Source: Chiloscyllium plagiosum
Lineage: Eukaryota
Direction of reading: 5' to 3'
DNA length: 64,000 bases
Assembly (NCBI RefSeq): GCF_004010195.1
Contig: NC_057718.1
Span: forward strand, 70,291,382-70,355,381
A model generated the notes under the pieces. The model was not told where the DNA came from. It searched no databases and saw only the letters and a list, made by a program, of their open reading frames with translations. The translations under genes and the position numbers were made by a program. Of this stretch, positions 49,976 to 62,491 are shown piece by piece; position 1 is the first letter of the stretch, and each line of letters starts with the position of its first letter.

Positions 49976-50003
49976 AATAAACAGTTCTGCTTTGCTAAAT
50001 AAA
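49976..50003 (+). promoter_or_regulatory. Two candidate polyadenylation signals for RSPH3
   Basis: AATAAA at 49976-49981 and 49998-50003, about 80-100 nt after the stop, followed by T/GT-rich sequence. Confidence 0.6.
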
Positions 50004-50454
50004 CTGTCAATCTGTGAAGAAAATAGCAGTGTGATGTTGCTAGTTTACATTTGTTTCATATCTTTGTCTGTTTTCATCTCTACTGACTGGCAGGTGTTTT
50101 AGTTTAATTTCTGGAACTTCATGCAAGCAAGTTTCTTTCTTAGGAAATTGATGTTACAATTGGAAGATAATCGAGCTATCCATCCAACTTTCAAAATAAT
50201 AGCACCTTGAAGTGTTCTGAAAGAAAACTTAAAAACACATTGCAGTGTTTATGAATGTGAAGCACACATCAAAAATGGAATTATGACAAGTATACTTTTT
50301 TGTATTGCAATTTGCACTGGATTTCATTCTTATGTAATTTACATGTGTTTAGATTAAAACATTCCCACATCATCTTCTGAAAAGGCTCCAGGTTTATATT
50401 CTTTGTTTTGCCTCTCAGTACATTTCCTGGGTAAGTGTGCATGTTGCACTGTAT

Positions 50455-52315
50455 CTGACCTGCCTCAACCACTTTCTGTGTTAGCTCATTCCATGCACGC
50501 AGCACCCTCTGCACACAAACATTACCCCTTGGGTCCCTTTTAAATTTTTCCCATCTCACCCTAAACCTATCCCCCCTCTAGTTCTGGACTCCCCCACCCC
50601 AGGGAAAAGACCTTATCTATTTATCCTACCCATGCCCCTCATGATTTTATAAATCTCTATAAGGCCACCCCTCAGCCTCCGATGCTCCAGGGAAAATAGC
50701 CCCAACCTATTCAGCCTCTCCCTATAGCTCAAACACTCCAACCATGGCAATATCTTTGTAAATCTCCTCTGAAACCTTTCAAGTTTCACAACATCCTTCC
50801 GACAGGAAAGAGACCAAAATTGCACGCAATAATCCACAGAACAAGTCATAGAGCATGGAAACAGACCCTTCCGTCCATGCCGACCAGCTATCCTAACCCA
50901 ATCTAGTCCCACCTGCCAGCACCTGGCCCATATCCCTCCAAACCCTTCCAATTCATATACCTGTCCAAATGCCTTTTAAATGTTGCAATTGTACCAGCCT
51001 CCACCACTTCCTCTAGCAGCTCATTCCATAGACGTATCACCCTCTGTGTGAAAAAGTTGTCCCTTAGGTCTCTTTTATATCTTTCCCCTCTCACCCTAAC
51101 CATATGCCCTCTAGTTCTGGACTCCCCCAATCCAGGGAAAAGACTTTGTCTATTTATCATATCCATGTCCCTCATGATTTTGGAAACCTGAGGTCACCTC
51201 TCAACCTCCTGAAGCTCCAGGGAAAACAGCCCCAGCCTGTTCAGCCTCCCCTATAGCTCAAATCCTCCAACCCTGGCAACATACTTGTAAATCTTTTCTG
51301 AATCCTTCCAAGTTTCACAACATCTTTCCGATAGGATGGAGACCAGAATTGCACGCAATATTCCAACAGTGGTCTAACCAATGTCCTGTACAGCTGCAAC
51401 ATGACCTCCCAACTCTTGTACTCAATACTCAGACCAATAAAAGAAAGCACACTAAATGCCTCCTTCACTATCCTATCTACCTGTGACTCCACTTTCAAGG
51501 AGCTATGAACCTGCACTCCAAGGTCTCTTTGTTGTAAATGACCAAAAAGTAGAGGGCCCAGCACCGATCCTTGTGGCACTCCACTGGTCACAGGCCTCCA
51601 GTCTGAAAAACAACCTTCCACCACCACCCTCTGTCTTCTACCTTTGAGCCAGTTCTGTATCCAAATGGCAAGTTCTCCCTGTATTCTGTGAGATCTAACC
51701 TTGCTAATCAGTCTCCTATGAGGCACCTTGTTGAATGCCTTACTGAAGTCCATATAGATCACATCTACTGCTCTGTCCTCATCAATCCTCTTTGTTACTT
51801 CAGAAATGCAATCAAGTTTGTGAGACATGATTTTCCCATGCACAAAGCCATGTTGACTATCCCTAATCAATCTTTGCCTTTCCAAATACATATACATCCT
51901 GTCCCTAGGAATCCCTCAAACAACTTGCCCACCACTGAGGTCAGGCTCACTGGTCTATAGTTCCCTGGCTTGTCCTTGCCACCTTTCTTAAACAGTGACA
52001 CCATATTAGCCAACCTCCAGTCTTCCGGCACCTCACCTGTAACTATCGATGATACAAATATCTCAGCAAGAGGCCCAGCAATCACTTCCTTAGCTTCCCA
52101 CAGAGTTCTAGGGTACACCTGATCAGGTCCTGGGGATTTATCCACCTTTGTGCATTTCAAGACATCCAGCACTACCTCCTCTGTAATATGGACATTTTAC
52201 AAGGTGTCACCATCTATTTCCCTACATTCTATATCTTCCATATCTTTTTCCACAGTAAATACTGATGTAAAATATTTGTTTAGTATCCCCCCCATTTTCT
52301 GCGGCTCCACACAAA
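50455..52315 (-). mobile_element. CR1 RT/3' fragments, two 3' ends in tandem
   Basis: ORFs 51241..51897 and 51867..52172 carry KSPGPD, NYRPVSLTS and SGVPQGSVLGP. Confidence 0.92.
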
Positions 52316-54030
52316 GCCTTTTTAACAAGATTCACTCTGGAGTCCAGCCCTTGTGTTTGCGCAAAACCTCAGCCAGAATGAGAACCTTTACAGATTAAGG
52401 GTATGACCTCAGTTCTGATCTACGATGAGAAGCAGTTGGTGCAGTTACCATTGAATATAGTAAAAGGCTTGGGGCCAAGCTTGTTGGGACAAAATTGCTT
52501 GAGCAAGATTCAACTTGATTGGCTCAACATTTTTCAATTAGAAAATGGCTGCCTGAGTGAAGTTCTAATTAAATACCTAGATGTTTTTCAGGAAGGGCTT
52601 GGGACTGTCAAAGGAGCTAAAGCCAACTTACATATTGACCAGAAAGCAATTCCATGATTCTGTAAAGCCCGCACAGTGCCATTTGCCTTGTATGCAAAAG
52701 TAGAGGCAGAATTCAGGAGACTGGAAAGTGAAGTATTTATCAAACCAGTACAGTTTGCAAAATGGGCAGCACCAGTTATATCGATTATAAAGCCTAATGG
52801 GATGGTTCACCTTTGTGGCGATTTTAAGCAAGCAGTAAACCGCTTCTCGCAGCTTCTTAATTCCTTGCATCAAGGACTTGTACTCAAAGCTGGCAAGGGG
52901 AATGCTGTCGTTCACGAAGCTAGACATGAACCACGCCTACCTGCAATTTTCACAAGGTGAGGAGTCCCAGAAGTGTACTACAATTAATATCGTAAGGATT
53001 TGTACCAGTATATAAAACTGCCCTTTGGGGAATCATCAGCCTGTGCCATTTTCCAGTGGACAATGGAGAACATTTTACAAGGTCTACCGCAAGTTGCCAT
53101 TAACCTGGATGTTGTACTAATAATTAGGAAGACTATTAAAGAGTATTGAGAGAGCTTGGACATAGTGCTTAAACACTTATCTCAGACAGGTGTATGCCTT
53201 AGGAGCGAAAAATGTGTGTTCCAGGCACCCCAAGTGACCTAGTTGGCTTACAAAGTTCACAACACTGAGTTACACCCTTTGGAAGATAATGTGAGGGTGA
53301 TCAAAGCTGCTGCAGCTATCACATCTGTACCAGAACTTAGAAAATTCATACATAACCTGACATCATCTCAACACCCTTACACCTGCAATTGAAAAATGGT
53401 CAGCCTTGGACATAGTTGCATAGCCAAGAAGTAGCTTTTACGGAAGTAAAAAAGCAGCTGTCATCATCGAAAGTGCTAGCCCTCTACAATCCCAAGTGAG
53501 AAGTGGTACTGACATGTGATGCGTTACTAGTGTTGGTTCAGCAGAGCGGAACATCTGATCGTGTATGCTTCCCGGACTTTGGCTGATGCTGAATGTAAAT
53601 ATGCATAGATAGAGAAGAAAGGTTTTGTGGTCACCTTTGGTGTGAGAAATACCTTTACATATCTAAATTTATAATACTAACGGACCAGAAGCCCTGCTAG
53701 GGCTACCTAAAATAGGCAAGGCTGTGCCATACATAGCTTCGGATTGAATTCAGTGGTGGGCCCTTATTCTGAGTGCATACAATTGCAAGTTGGAACAACA
53801 TTCGGGAGATCAAGTGGCAAATGCGGAGTCTTGAGCTGTCTCCCACTGGCAGATACACTACCAGTGGTGCCTCCCCTCGAAGAGTGTGTTCTGGTTTTAA
53901 ACTTTCTGGACACCCTTCCAGTCACTGCTCACAATATCTGACTGTGGACAGAAAAAGATCCCATTCTGACAAAACCACAACAGCTGGTGGTGTTGGGGAA
54001 GCTAAAGAGCTATCACAACCAGGATTGAAA
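52315..54030 (+). mobile_element. Decayed Gypsy pol fragment (RT, RNase H), same family as 31407-34207
   Basis: GPSLLGQN, WAAPV..LCGDFKQAVN, LPFG..IFQ, degenerate YLDD (NLDV), CDA, YA*IEK. No LTRs seen. Confidence 0.88.
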
Positions 54031-54031
54031 T

Positions 54032-57000
54032 CTTTCAAGGATGTGAAAAGGAGGGTCCTGTATAGACTGCTGCTGCACACCGTCCACGTCTTCTCCCTCA
54101 TCCACCGTCCGGACATGCCTTGGCGTGCCCATTTGCCACCGGGCGGTGGGGATCCCCAGTGGAGAGGTCTCTACACGGGAGTCCTCCCCCTTTCTCTCGG
54201 GGATCTGGGGTGGAGGGTGCTACACGCAGCAGTCCCCTGCAACCGCAGGTTGCGGTGGTTCACGGACTCCCAGCCCAACTGCTTGTTCTGTGGCGCTGTG
54301 GAGTCCGTGGACCAAGTGTATATTGGGTGTGGGCGTTTGCACTCCCTTTTTGATTTTCTGAAAAACCTCCTCCTCTGCTTTTGGTTGCACTTCAGTCCCA
54401 CGCTCCTGATCTTTGGGCACCCGGTACGGAGGAAGGAGGGCAGGTCTGAAGACCTCCTCGTGGGTCTGCTCCTGGGCCTGGCCAAACTGGCCATCAATAG
54501 GTCCAGGCAGCGGGCCGTGGAGGAGGTCGTTAGGGCCGACTGCCTGCCCCTCTTCCGTGGTTACGTTAGAGTCCGGGTGTCCCTGGAGAAGGAGCACGCG
54601 GTGTCCACCAACACCCTGCAGTTGTTCAGGGAGAGGTGGGTGCCGCAGGGAGTGGAGTGCATTATTTCTCCCTCCAACTCTATTTTGATTTAGTCCCTAC
54701 CCTCCCCTTCACTGTTTTGATCACACACCACTGTCCTTTGATGTGAAGGGCAGTGTTTGTCACTGGCCACCCGGGTGTTTTCCTATCTTCCTGGTGGTGG
54801 AATTTGAATAAAGATTCATGCACTTTGTGTCTTTCACTGTGTCTCACACCTACACACACACACCATGGGTGCTGGGGAAAAAATAAGTACTACCGCGGTT
54901 AGGTGGTAGTGTGGGGGTTAAATTTTTTTAAAAAAAGGAAAAGAAAAAGAAATAAATAGGAGCTAAAAAAATAAGCACTACCGCACTTAGGTGGTAGTGT
55001 TGGGGTTAAAGATTCGAAAAAAAAAGAAACAGGAGTTGCCACATAGCATTGCCCTTAGAAAAAAAAAAGAAAGAAAGAGAAAAAAATAATAAATAAACAG
55101 GAGCTACGATGCCTTAAAACGGCGGTGCTCAGACCCGACGTAGTGCACCAGTTGGAGGACGCTCAGGTGTACGGTGGGATCCCGTCCGCGCTCATCCCAG
55201 CCCGGACGGAATTTCACATTGGCCCCAAGGTCCCGTACTTCCCGCGGGAGCCTGTGCCCCACAACCTGAGCCACCTCAGGAATTTTAATTTTGTTTCATT
55301 TAGGGATGTGAAAAGGAGTGCCCTGTATAGACTGCTGCTGCCACGGTCCACCTCTTCTCCCTCATCCACTGTCCGGACACGCCTTGGCGTGCCCATTTGC
55401 CACCGGGCGGTGGGGATTCCCAGTGGAGGGCTCTCTACGCGGGAGTACTCCCCCTTTCTCTCGGTGATCTGGGGTGGAGTGTGCTGCACGCAGCAGTCCC
55501 CTGCAAGCGCAGGTTGCGGTGGTTCACGGACTCCCAGCACAACTGCTTGTTCTGTGGCGCTGTGGAGTCCGTGGACCATGTGTATGTTGGGTGTGGGCGT
55601 TTGCACTCCCTTTTTGATTTTCTGAAAAACCTCCTCCTCTGCTTTTGGTTGCACTTCAGTCCCACGGTACGGAGGAGGGAGGGCGGGTCTGAAGACCTCC
55701 TCTTGGGTCTGCTCCTGGGCCTGGCCAAACTGGCCATTAACAGGTCCAGGCAGCGGGCCGTGGATGGGGTCGTTAGGGCCGACTGCCTGCCCCTCTTCCG
55801 CGGTTACGTTAGAGCCCCGGTGTCCTTGGAGAAGGAGCACGCGGTGTCGACCAACACCCTGGAGTTGTTCAGGGAGAGGTGGGCGCCGCAGGGAGTGGAG
55901 TGCATCATTTCTCCCTCCAACTCTATTTTGATTTAGTCTCTACCCTCCCCTTCACTGTTTTGATCACACAGCACTGCCCTTTGATGTGAAGGGCAGTGTT
56001 TGTCACTAGCCACCCGGGTGTTTTCCTATCTTCCTGGTGGTGGAATTTGAATAAAGATTCGTGCACTTAGTGTCTTTCATTGTGTCTCACACCTGCACAC
56101 AGACACACCATGGGTGCGGGGAAAAAATAAGCACTACTGCACTTAGGTGGTAGTGTTGGGGTTAAAGATTCGAAAAAAAAAGAAACAGGAGTTGCCACAC
56201 AGCATTGCCCTTAGAAAAAAAAGAGAAAGAAAGAGAAAAGAAATAATAATAAATAAATAGGAGCTACGATGCCTTAAAACGGCAGTGCTCGGACCAGACG
56301 TAGTGCACCAGTTGGAGGACGCTCAGGTGTGCGGTGGGATCCTGTCCGCGCTCACCCCAGCCCGGACGGAATTTCATATTGGCCCAAGGTCCCGTACTTC
56401 CCGCGGGAGGCTGTGCCCCACAACCTGAGCCGCCTCCGGAATTTTAATTTCGTTCCTTTCCAGGGGGTAAAAAGGCGGGCCCTCGATAGACTGTTGCTGC
56501 ACACCGTCCACCTCTTCTCCCCCGTCCACCTCTTCTCCATCATCCACCGTCCGGACACGCCTTGGCGTGCCCATTTGACACCAGGCAGTGGGGATCCCCA
56601 ATGGAGGGCTCTCTACGCGGGAGTCCTCCCCCTATCTCTCGGGGATCTGGGGTGGAGGGTACAGCACGCAGCAGTCCCCTGCAACCTCAGATTGCGTTGG
56701 TTCACGGACTCCCAGCCCAACTGCTTGTGGGTGTGGGCGTTTGCACTCCCTTTTTGATTTTCTGAAAAACCTCCTCCTCTGCTTTTGGTTGCACTTCAGT
56801 CCCACGCTCCTGATCTTCGGGCACCCGGTACGGAGGAGGGAGGGCATGTCTGAAGACCTCCTCGTGGGTCTGCTCCTGGGCCTGGCCAAACTGGCCATGG
56901 AGGGGGTCGTTAGGGCCGACTGCCTGCCCCTCTTCCGCGGTTACGGTAGAGCCCGGGTGTCCTTGGAGAAGGAGAAAGAGAAAAGAAATAATAATAAATA

Positions 57001-57322
57001 AATAGGAGCTACGATGCCTTAAAACGGCAGTGCTCTGACCCGACGTAGTGCACCAGTTGGAGAACGCTCAGGTGTGCAGTGGGATCCCATCCGCGCTCAC
57101 TCCAGCCCGGACAGAATTTCGCATTGGCCCCAAAGTCCTGTACTTCCCGCGGGAGCCTGTCCCCCACAACCTGAGCCGCCTCCAGAATTTTAATTTTGTT
57201 CCCTTTCATAGGGTAAAAAGGCGGGCCCTGTATTGACTGCTGCTGCACACCGTCCACCTCTTCTCCCTCATCCACCGTCCGGACACGCCTTGGCGTGCCC
57301 ATTTGCCACCGGGCGGTGGGGA
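54032..57322 (+). repeat. Tandem array of four Tx1-clade ORF2-C-terminus/3' UTR units (54032-55104, 55105-56264, 56265-57009, 57010-57322)
   Basis: Repeated DLGWRVLH..CLFCGAVESVDH zinc-finger region and stop after SNSILI (54693, 55936). The identical junction ggagct|acgatgccttaaaacggc occurs three times. Confidence 0.9.
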
Positions 57323-60300
57323 CCGAGGGCCTACCTGGGACTCGCCCGAGGCTTACTTCCATCGCTGCTGTTGCCTGAGGCTGGTCTCCACCGTCACTGC
57401 CCAGGACTTCACCACTGCTGCTGCCAGAGGCCCACCTCCACCGCCGCTGCCTGGGGCCTACCAATACCCAGCAGCAGAGTATGGCGAGCCCGAAGGTCGC
57501 GGGGCCCAGCCGCACCTACGCCGGGGTAGCTGCTGCCTTAGGCTCGGCTGTCTCAACCACGGCCGCAACCGCAACCCCCTTCAGGCACCTTAATAAATGC
57601 CTGGGGGTAAAGGCCTATCCCCACTCCAACATGTCCATCGAGGCCTGCAGCAAGGCCATGGCTAGTGTGGTCGGCCCACTGGCCATCGTCGCTGAGGCCC
57701 GGATGTACGGGAAGGCCATCTTTTTTCTTAAGACCGAGCAGGCGGTCCACCTGGCCGTGGAGAGGGGGCTCGCTGTGGGCGGGACACATTTGCCTGTCGA
57801 CCCTTTGGAGGTCACGGCCCAGAGGGTCGTGATCTCCAATGTCCCGCCCTTCATTTCAAGTGAGTTCCTTCTTCCCCACCTCACCACCTTGGGGGAGATC
57901 CGGTCAGGGGTCCAGCCGCTCCTGCTCGGTCTTAAGGACCCCACCCTCCGACACATATATTCCTTCCGCCGCCAGGTGTTTATTTGCCTGGCCCAGGAGG
58001 AGGTCACCGAGGGCTCCTTCACCCTCCTCCACGAGGGCGCGGCCCAAGCGCCTTCTGGATGGCGGACGGCATGCGGTGCCACCTGTGCCACGAGGTGGGG
58101 CACATAAGAAAAACTGCCCCACCCAGAAGGCTGCCCAGCCCACGCCAACGGCTGATGTTGGTGCCGCCGCACCCACTCCCCCTCCCCCGAAGTCAACACC
58201 AGAGGCTTCCAATGCTCCAGCCTCTGGCAGGGAGGGGGGTGAGCATCCGGCCGGCCAGAAGGCGCTGAAGAAGACGCGACGCGTCAGGCCCTACCACGGG
58301 GAGACCACCCTATCCCCTTCCCCGACACCTAGCCCATGACCTGCCCCGCCCCGGCACGACAATGCCCCTGTGGCCGTGCCAGCGTCGCCCCGGCGCGAGA
58401 ACCCTGACCTCCAAACCCGTACCTGATCCTGGTCCCACTGACCCCACATCCACTCCCCACCCCAATAGAGAAACCCCTGGACCTTCAACGCCTGCCCCTG
58501 GTGCTGCAACACCTGGCCCGGGGGCACCCGAGCCCCGCCCAGCCCAGCCCAGCCACACACTGGCACTAACCACCGCTGCCCCACCTCCTGCAGCGACCGT
58601 GTCTCTGGGCCCCGGAGAGGGAACTGGGCCCCTGCCTCACCCCGCCCACCCGCCATCACCTGATAAACCAGGGGCGGGGCAGGAAGTGACACGGCTGACC
58701 CTCCCCACCCTGGCCACGCCCCCTGTCTTCCCCCAGCCGATCGTATTCCGGGAAAGGCTGGGGGGAGGGACCTTGGGCCCCATGACCACCAAGGCGGGTG
58801 GGGCGGGGAGGGGAGGGGAGGGGAAGGCCCATAAATTCCCCCCTGTTATATTGGGTGTGGGCGTTTGCACTCCCTTTTTGATTTTCTGAAAAACCTTCTC
58901 CTCTGTAAAGAGGGGAGGGGAAGGCCCATAAATTCCCCCCTGTCTCTCTGGGGAAGAGACACTCTTCCCCAGAGTGCTGCTGGCCCTCTCCAGGGGATGA
59001 GCCATTGGTGCCTCTTGACTGTTCCGCACCGTGGCCTGACCTAGCCAAACCCCCAGGGGCTACAGCAGGGCCTTCTGCTGCCTCAACTCCTCTGGCCCCT
59101 GGGGAGGACTTTAACAACCACGAGGGCTGTGGTGTGGGCGACGATGGAGGACCCTCTGCTGGGTCGTCGAGCGGTGGAGGGGAGGAAGGTGTTATCCTCG
59201 CTCCTCCCTCCCAGACTGTTTTTCCGGGGGCCTTGGCCCTGGGGGAGCACCTTTTCCCCGAAGAGCTGGGTGTCTCGGTGTCGGGAAAGGAGCGGGTCCC
59301 CGAGCCTCTGCCGCCTGATAACCCGAACTCGGGGTGTTCCGGGAAAGGGTGCGCTGAGGAAGGTACTGCCGGTGACCCTGGGGGTGGAGTCGCTGGGGAT
59401 TTGAGGCCAGTTGGCGGCGCCGGACCAGCCCCCATCCTCTCGGGTGACCTCCCGGAGGAGGGTTTGGGATCGGTGGTGGACACCGGGGACAATGCGGACT
59501 CTGTCTGTAGTGACATTTTTGAATCTCAGGTGCCCCCCACCGATCTCCCCTTCATCCCCCTCGAGGAACTCTGGGAATTTGTCGAGGTAACTCGGCGTCG
59601 CCGGGATAGAGCCCAACTGGCGCTCAACCGCTGGAGTCCTTTGAACGAGTTTACTGGTCGGCCCACGCTGCCCGCCAGGCGCCTGGGCTTGATGTCATGA
59701 GCGAAAGCGAGTCAGGAACTTCCTGGGGGCGCTCCTGGTGAGGGCGAGGAACTTCTGTGCCCCTCCCGCGTCCTCCCTGTAAATATGTATATAGGTTTTT
59801 AACTGTACTGGTGGTGGTTGCACAACGCTTCCGACATGGAGACAACTATAGCCAGCCTCAACATCAACGGCAGCAGGGAGTCACAGCGCAGATTCCAGAC
59901 CCTCTCGGTCCTCCGGGGCGGGAGATATGCGGTGTGCTTCCTGCAAGAAACCCACACTACCCCGGGAGACGAAGCCACCTGGCTCCTGGAGTGGCGATGG
60001 GGGGTCTACATGAGTCACTTCTCCCGCAGATCTGGCGGGGTGGCTATCTTGTTGGCCCCGCATTTTCAGCCGGAGATCTTGGGGGTCAGCGAGCTTCTTT
60101 GAAGAAGTGTCCACTCATCTTTCTTCCATCGACGAGAACCAGTGCGTCGTCCTCGGGGGAGATTTTAACTGTGTCCTCGAGGGCAATGACCACGGCGGTG
60201 CCCACACTGGCTGGGCGTGGGGGAGGAGGTTGGGGGACTTGGTCAAGTCCTTCGACCTGGTGGACGTCTGGCGGAATCTCCATCCCGACTCCATCGCCTT

Positions 60301-61827
60301 CACCTTCGTGAGGCCTGGGGTCGGAGCGTCCAGAATCGACCGCCTGTACGTTTCGCCGGCGTACGCCTCCTGTTTTCCGAAGGCCTCCACACGGCAGGTG
60401 TCGTGCACTGACCATCACCTGGTGTGGGCAGAACTCCTTCAGTTTGGCGCCAGGCTCGGCTCCGCATACTGGCACTTTAACAACCTGCTGCTGGAGGACG
60501 AGCAGTTCCGGGACTCGTTTCGTCACTTCTGGGCCGGCTGGAGAAGGAAGCAGGGAAGCTTCCCCTCCCTGAGGCTACGGTAGGACGTGGGCAAGGCTCA
60601 CGTCCACGTCTTCTGTCAGGAGTACGCGAGGGGGTCGACGAAGAGGCGGAAATCCAGGATCGGGGAGTTGGAGAGGGAGATGCTCGACCTGGAGTCTCGC
60701 CTCGGTCAGCCCGACGCAGACCCGGCCCTGCACGGGGCGTACGAAGAGAAGAAGGCCACGCTCCGGGACCTGCAGCTCGTCGGGGCACGTACGTGAGGTC
60801 GCGGATCCAGCTCCTCCAGGACCTGGACCGCGGCTCCCCCTTCTTCTACTCGCTGGCAAAAAAGGCGTGGCACTCGTCAGCAGCTCCTTGTGCTGCTGGC
60901 CGACGACAGGTCCCTCGTCTCGGATCAGGAGGGCATCAGGGCCCACGTCCGAAACTATTATATGGCTCTGTCCTCTCCGGATCCATCCAGCAAGGATGCT
61001 GTGGGAGGACCTGCCGCAGCTCAGCCCGGAGGACGCCGGAAGGCTCGACGCTCCCATCACTTTAGAGGAGCTGACTGCGCCCTCGACCGGCTCTCGAGGG
61101 GCAAGTCCCCGGGGCTGAACGGGCTGACTGTGGAGTTCTTCAGGGCGTTCTGGGATGTCCTGGGGAGCGACTACGCACAGGTCCTGGGGGAGTGTCTAAA
61201 TGCTGGAGAGCTGCCCCTTTTTTGGCGCAGGGCGGTCATCGTCCTGCTGCCAAAGAAGGGGGACCTTCGTTCCTTGAGGCTCGCCTAGGCCGCTGGACGG
61301 GACTGCTCCGAGTGCTATCTTACAGGAGTCGAGTGCTGGTCATAAACCAGCTGGTGGCCGCCATGCTGTGGTACCGGCTGGTCACTTTGGTCCCTCCTCC
61401 TGGCTTTGTCGCTGACATCCAGAGAACGTTGGTCGACTTCTTCTGGGACAAAAAGATGCACTGGGTCACTGTGCAGGTCCTGAGTCTCCCTATTGTGGAG
61501 GGCGGTCAGTCGCTGGTGTACGTCCACACCCAGGTCGCGACGTTCTGCCTTCAGACCTTGCAGCGATACCTTTACGTCGAGCCTCCTCCTAGGTGGTGCG
61601 CCCTGGCGACGTATCTTTTCCGCCAGGTGCGTAACCTCAACTACGACACGCAGCTCCTGTTCGTCGACCGTGACGGTTTGGAGGTCGCCCTCAAGATGCT
61701 GCCTGTCTTTTACCAGGATCTGATCACTGTCTGGAACATGGTCGAATCGCGTCGCGCCTACCCTCCGGCAGGAGTAGCGGCTGTCGTCAGGGAGCCGTTG
61801 CTCAGGAATCCGCACCTCCGTACTCGC
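57323..61827 (+). mobile_element. Tx1-clade L1 element: 5' UTR, ORF1 (ATG 57481, CCHC knuckle), ORF2 (ATG 59836, APE endonuclease); RT core deleted, 3' end missing
   Basis: ORF1: ARMYGKAIFFL, VVISNVPPFI, SFRRQV, CHLCHEVGH..CP. ORF2: SLNING, LQETH, GGDFN, SRIDR, TDH, WHFNN, KSPGLNGLTVEFF. The sequence jumps from KKGDLR to RLGRW at ~61275. Confidence 0.93.
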
Positions 61828-62022
61828 AGGCAATTTAGCATGGCCAATTCACCTAACCTGCACATCTTTGGACTGGGAAGAAACCGGAGCACCCAGAGGA
61901 AACCCACGCAGACACGGGGCGAACGTGCAAACTCCACACAGTCAGTCGCCTGAGGTGGGAATTGAACCCTACTCTCTGGCGCTGTGAGGCAGCAGTGCTA
62001 ACTACTGTGCCACCGTGCCGCG
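61828..62022 (-). mobile_element. HE1-type SINE, 5' portion
   Basis: Head and V-domain. Confidence 0.88.
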
Positions 62023-62029
62023 CACACAC

Positions 62030-62491
62030 ACACATCATCTATTGCATCCTCTGCACCCGATGTGGCCTCCTCTATATTGGGGAGACAGGTCGCCTATTGC
62101 GGAGCGTTTCAGAAAACACCTCTGGGACACCCAGACCAACTAACCCAACCACCCTGTGGCTCAACACTTCAACTCCCCCTCCCACTCCACCAAGGATATG
62201 CAGGTCTTTGGACTCCTCCATCACCAGTCAGCACCGCCTTCCTAACCTGCAATCTTCTTCCTGACCTCTCCGCCGACCTCTCCGTCTGACCTATCACCCT
62301 CACCTTGACCTCTTTCCACCTATCACATTTCCGACACCCCTCCCCCAAGTCCCTCCTCCCTACCTTTTATCTTAGCCGGCTGGACAAACTTTTCTCATTC
62401 CTGAAGAAGGGCTTATGCCCGAAACGTCGATTCTCCTGTTCCCTGGATGCTGCCTGACCTGCTGCGCTTTTCCAGCAACACATTTTCAGCT
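62030..62491 (+). mobile_element. Penelope-like element 3' fragment with GIY-YIG endonuclease remnant and terminal hammerhead motif (62397-62432)
   Basis: HIIYCILCTRCGLLYIGETGRLL..ERF..H; CTGAAGA A GGGC TTAT GCCC GAAAC GTC. Confidence 0.88.

Noticed and set aside
53773..54693. 306-aa ORF as a novel fusion protein
   Set aside because: An out-of-frame Gypsy remnant fortuitously joined to the Tx1 ORF2 C-terminus; non-ATG start and no expression evidence.
56255..56266. AATAGGAGCT at Tx1 unit ends as a U2 snRNA target remnant
   Set aside because: Only a ~10-nt resemblance from memory, with no further U2 sequence on either side.
57000..61800. GC/CpG-rich block as a CpG-island promoter, horizontally acquired DNA or overlapping antisense genes
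   Set aside because: Fully explained by the GC-rich Tx1 element; antisense ORFs reflect stop-codon scarcity.
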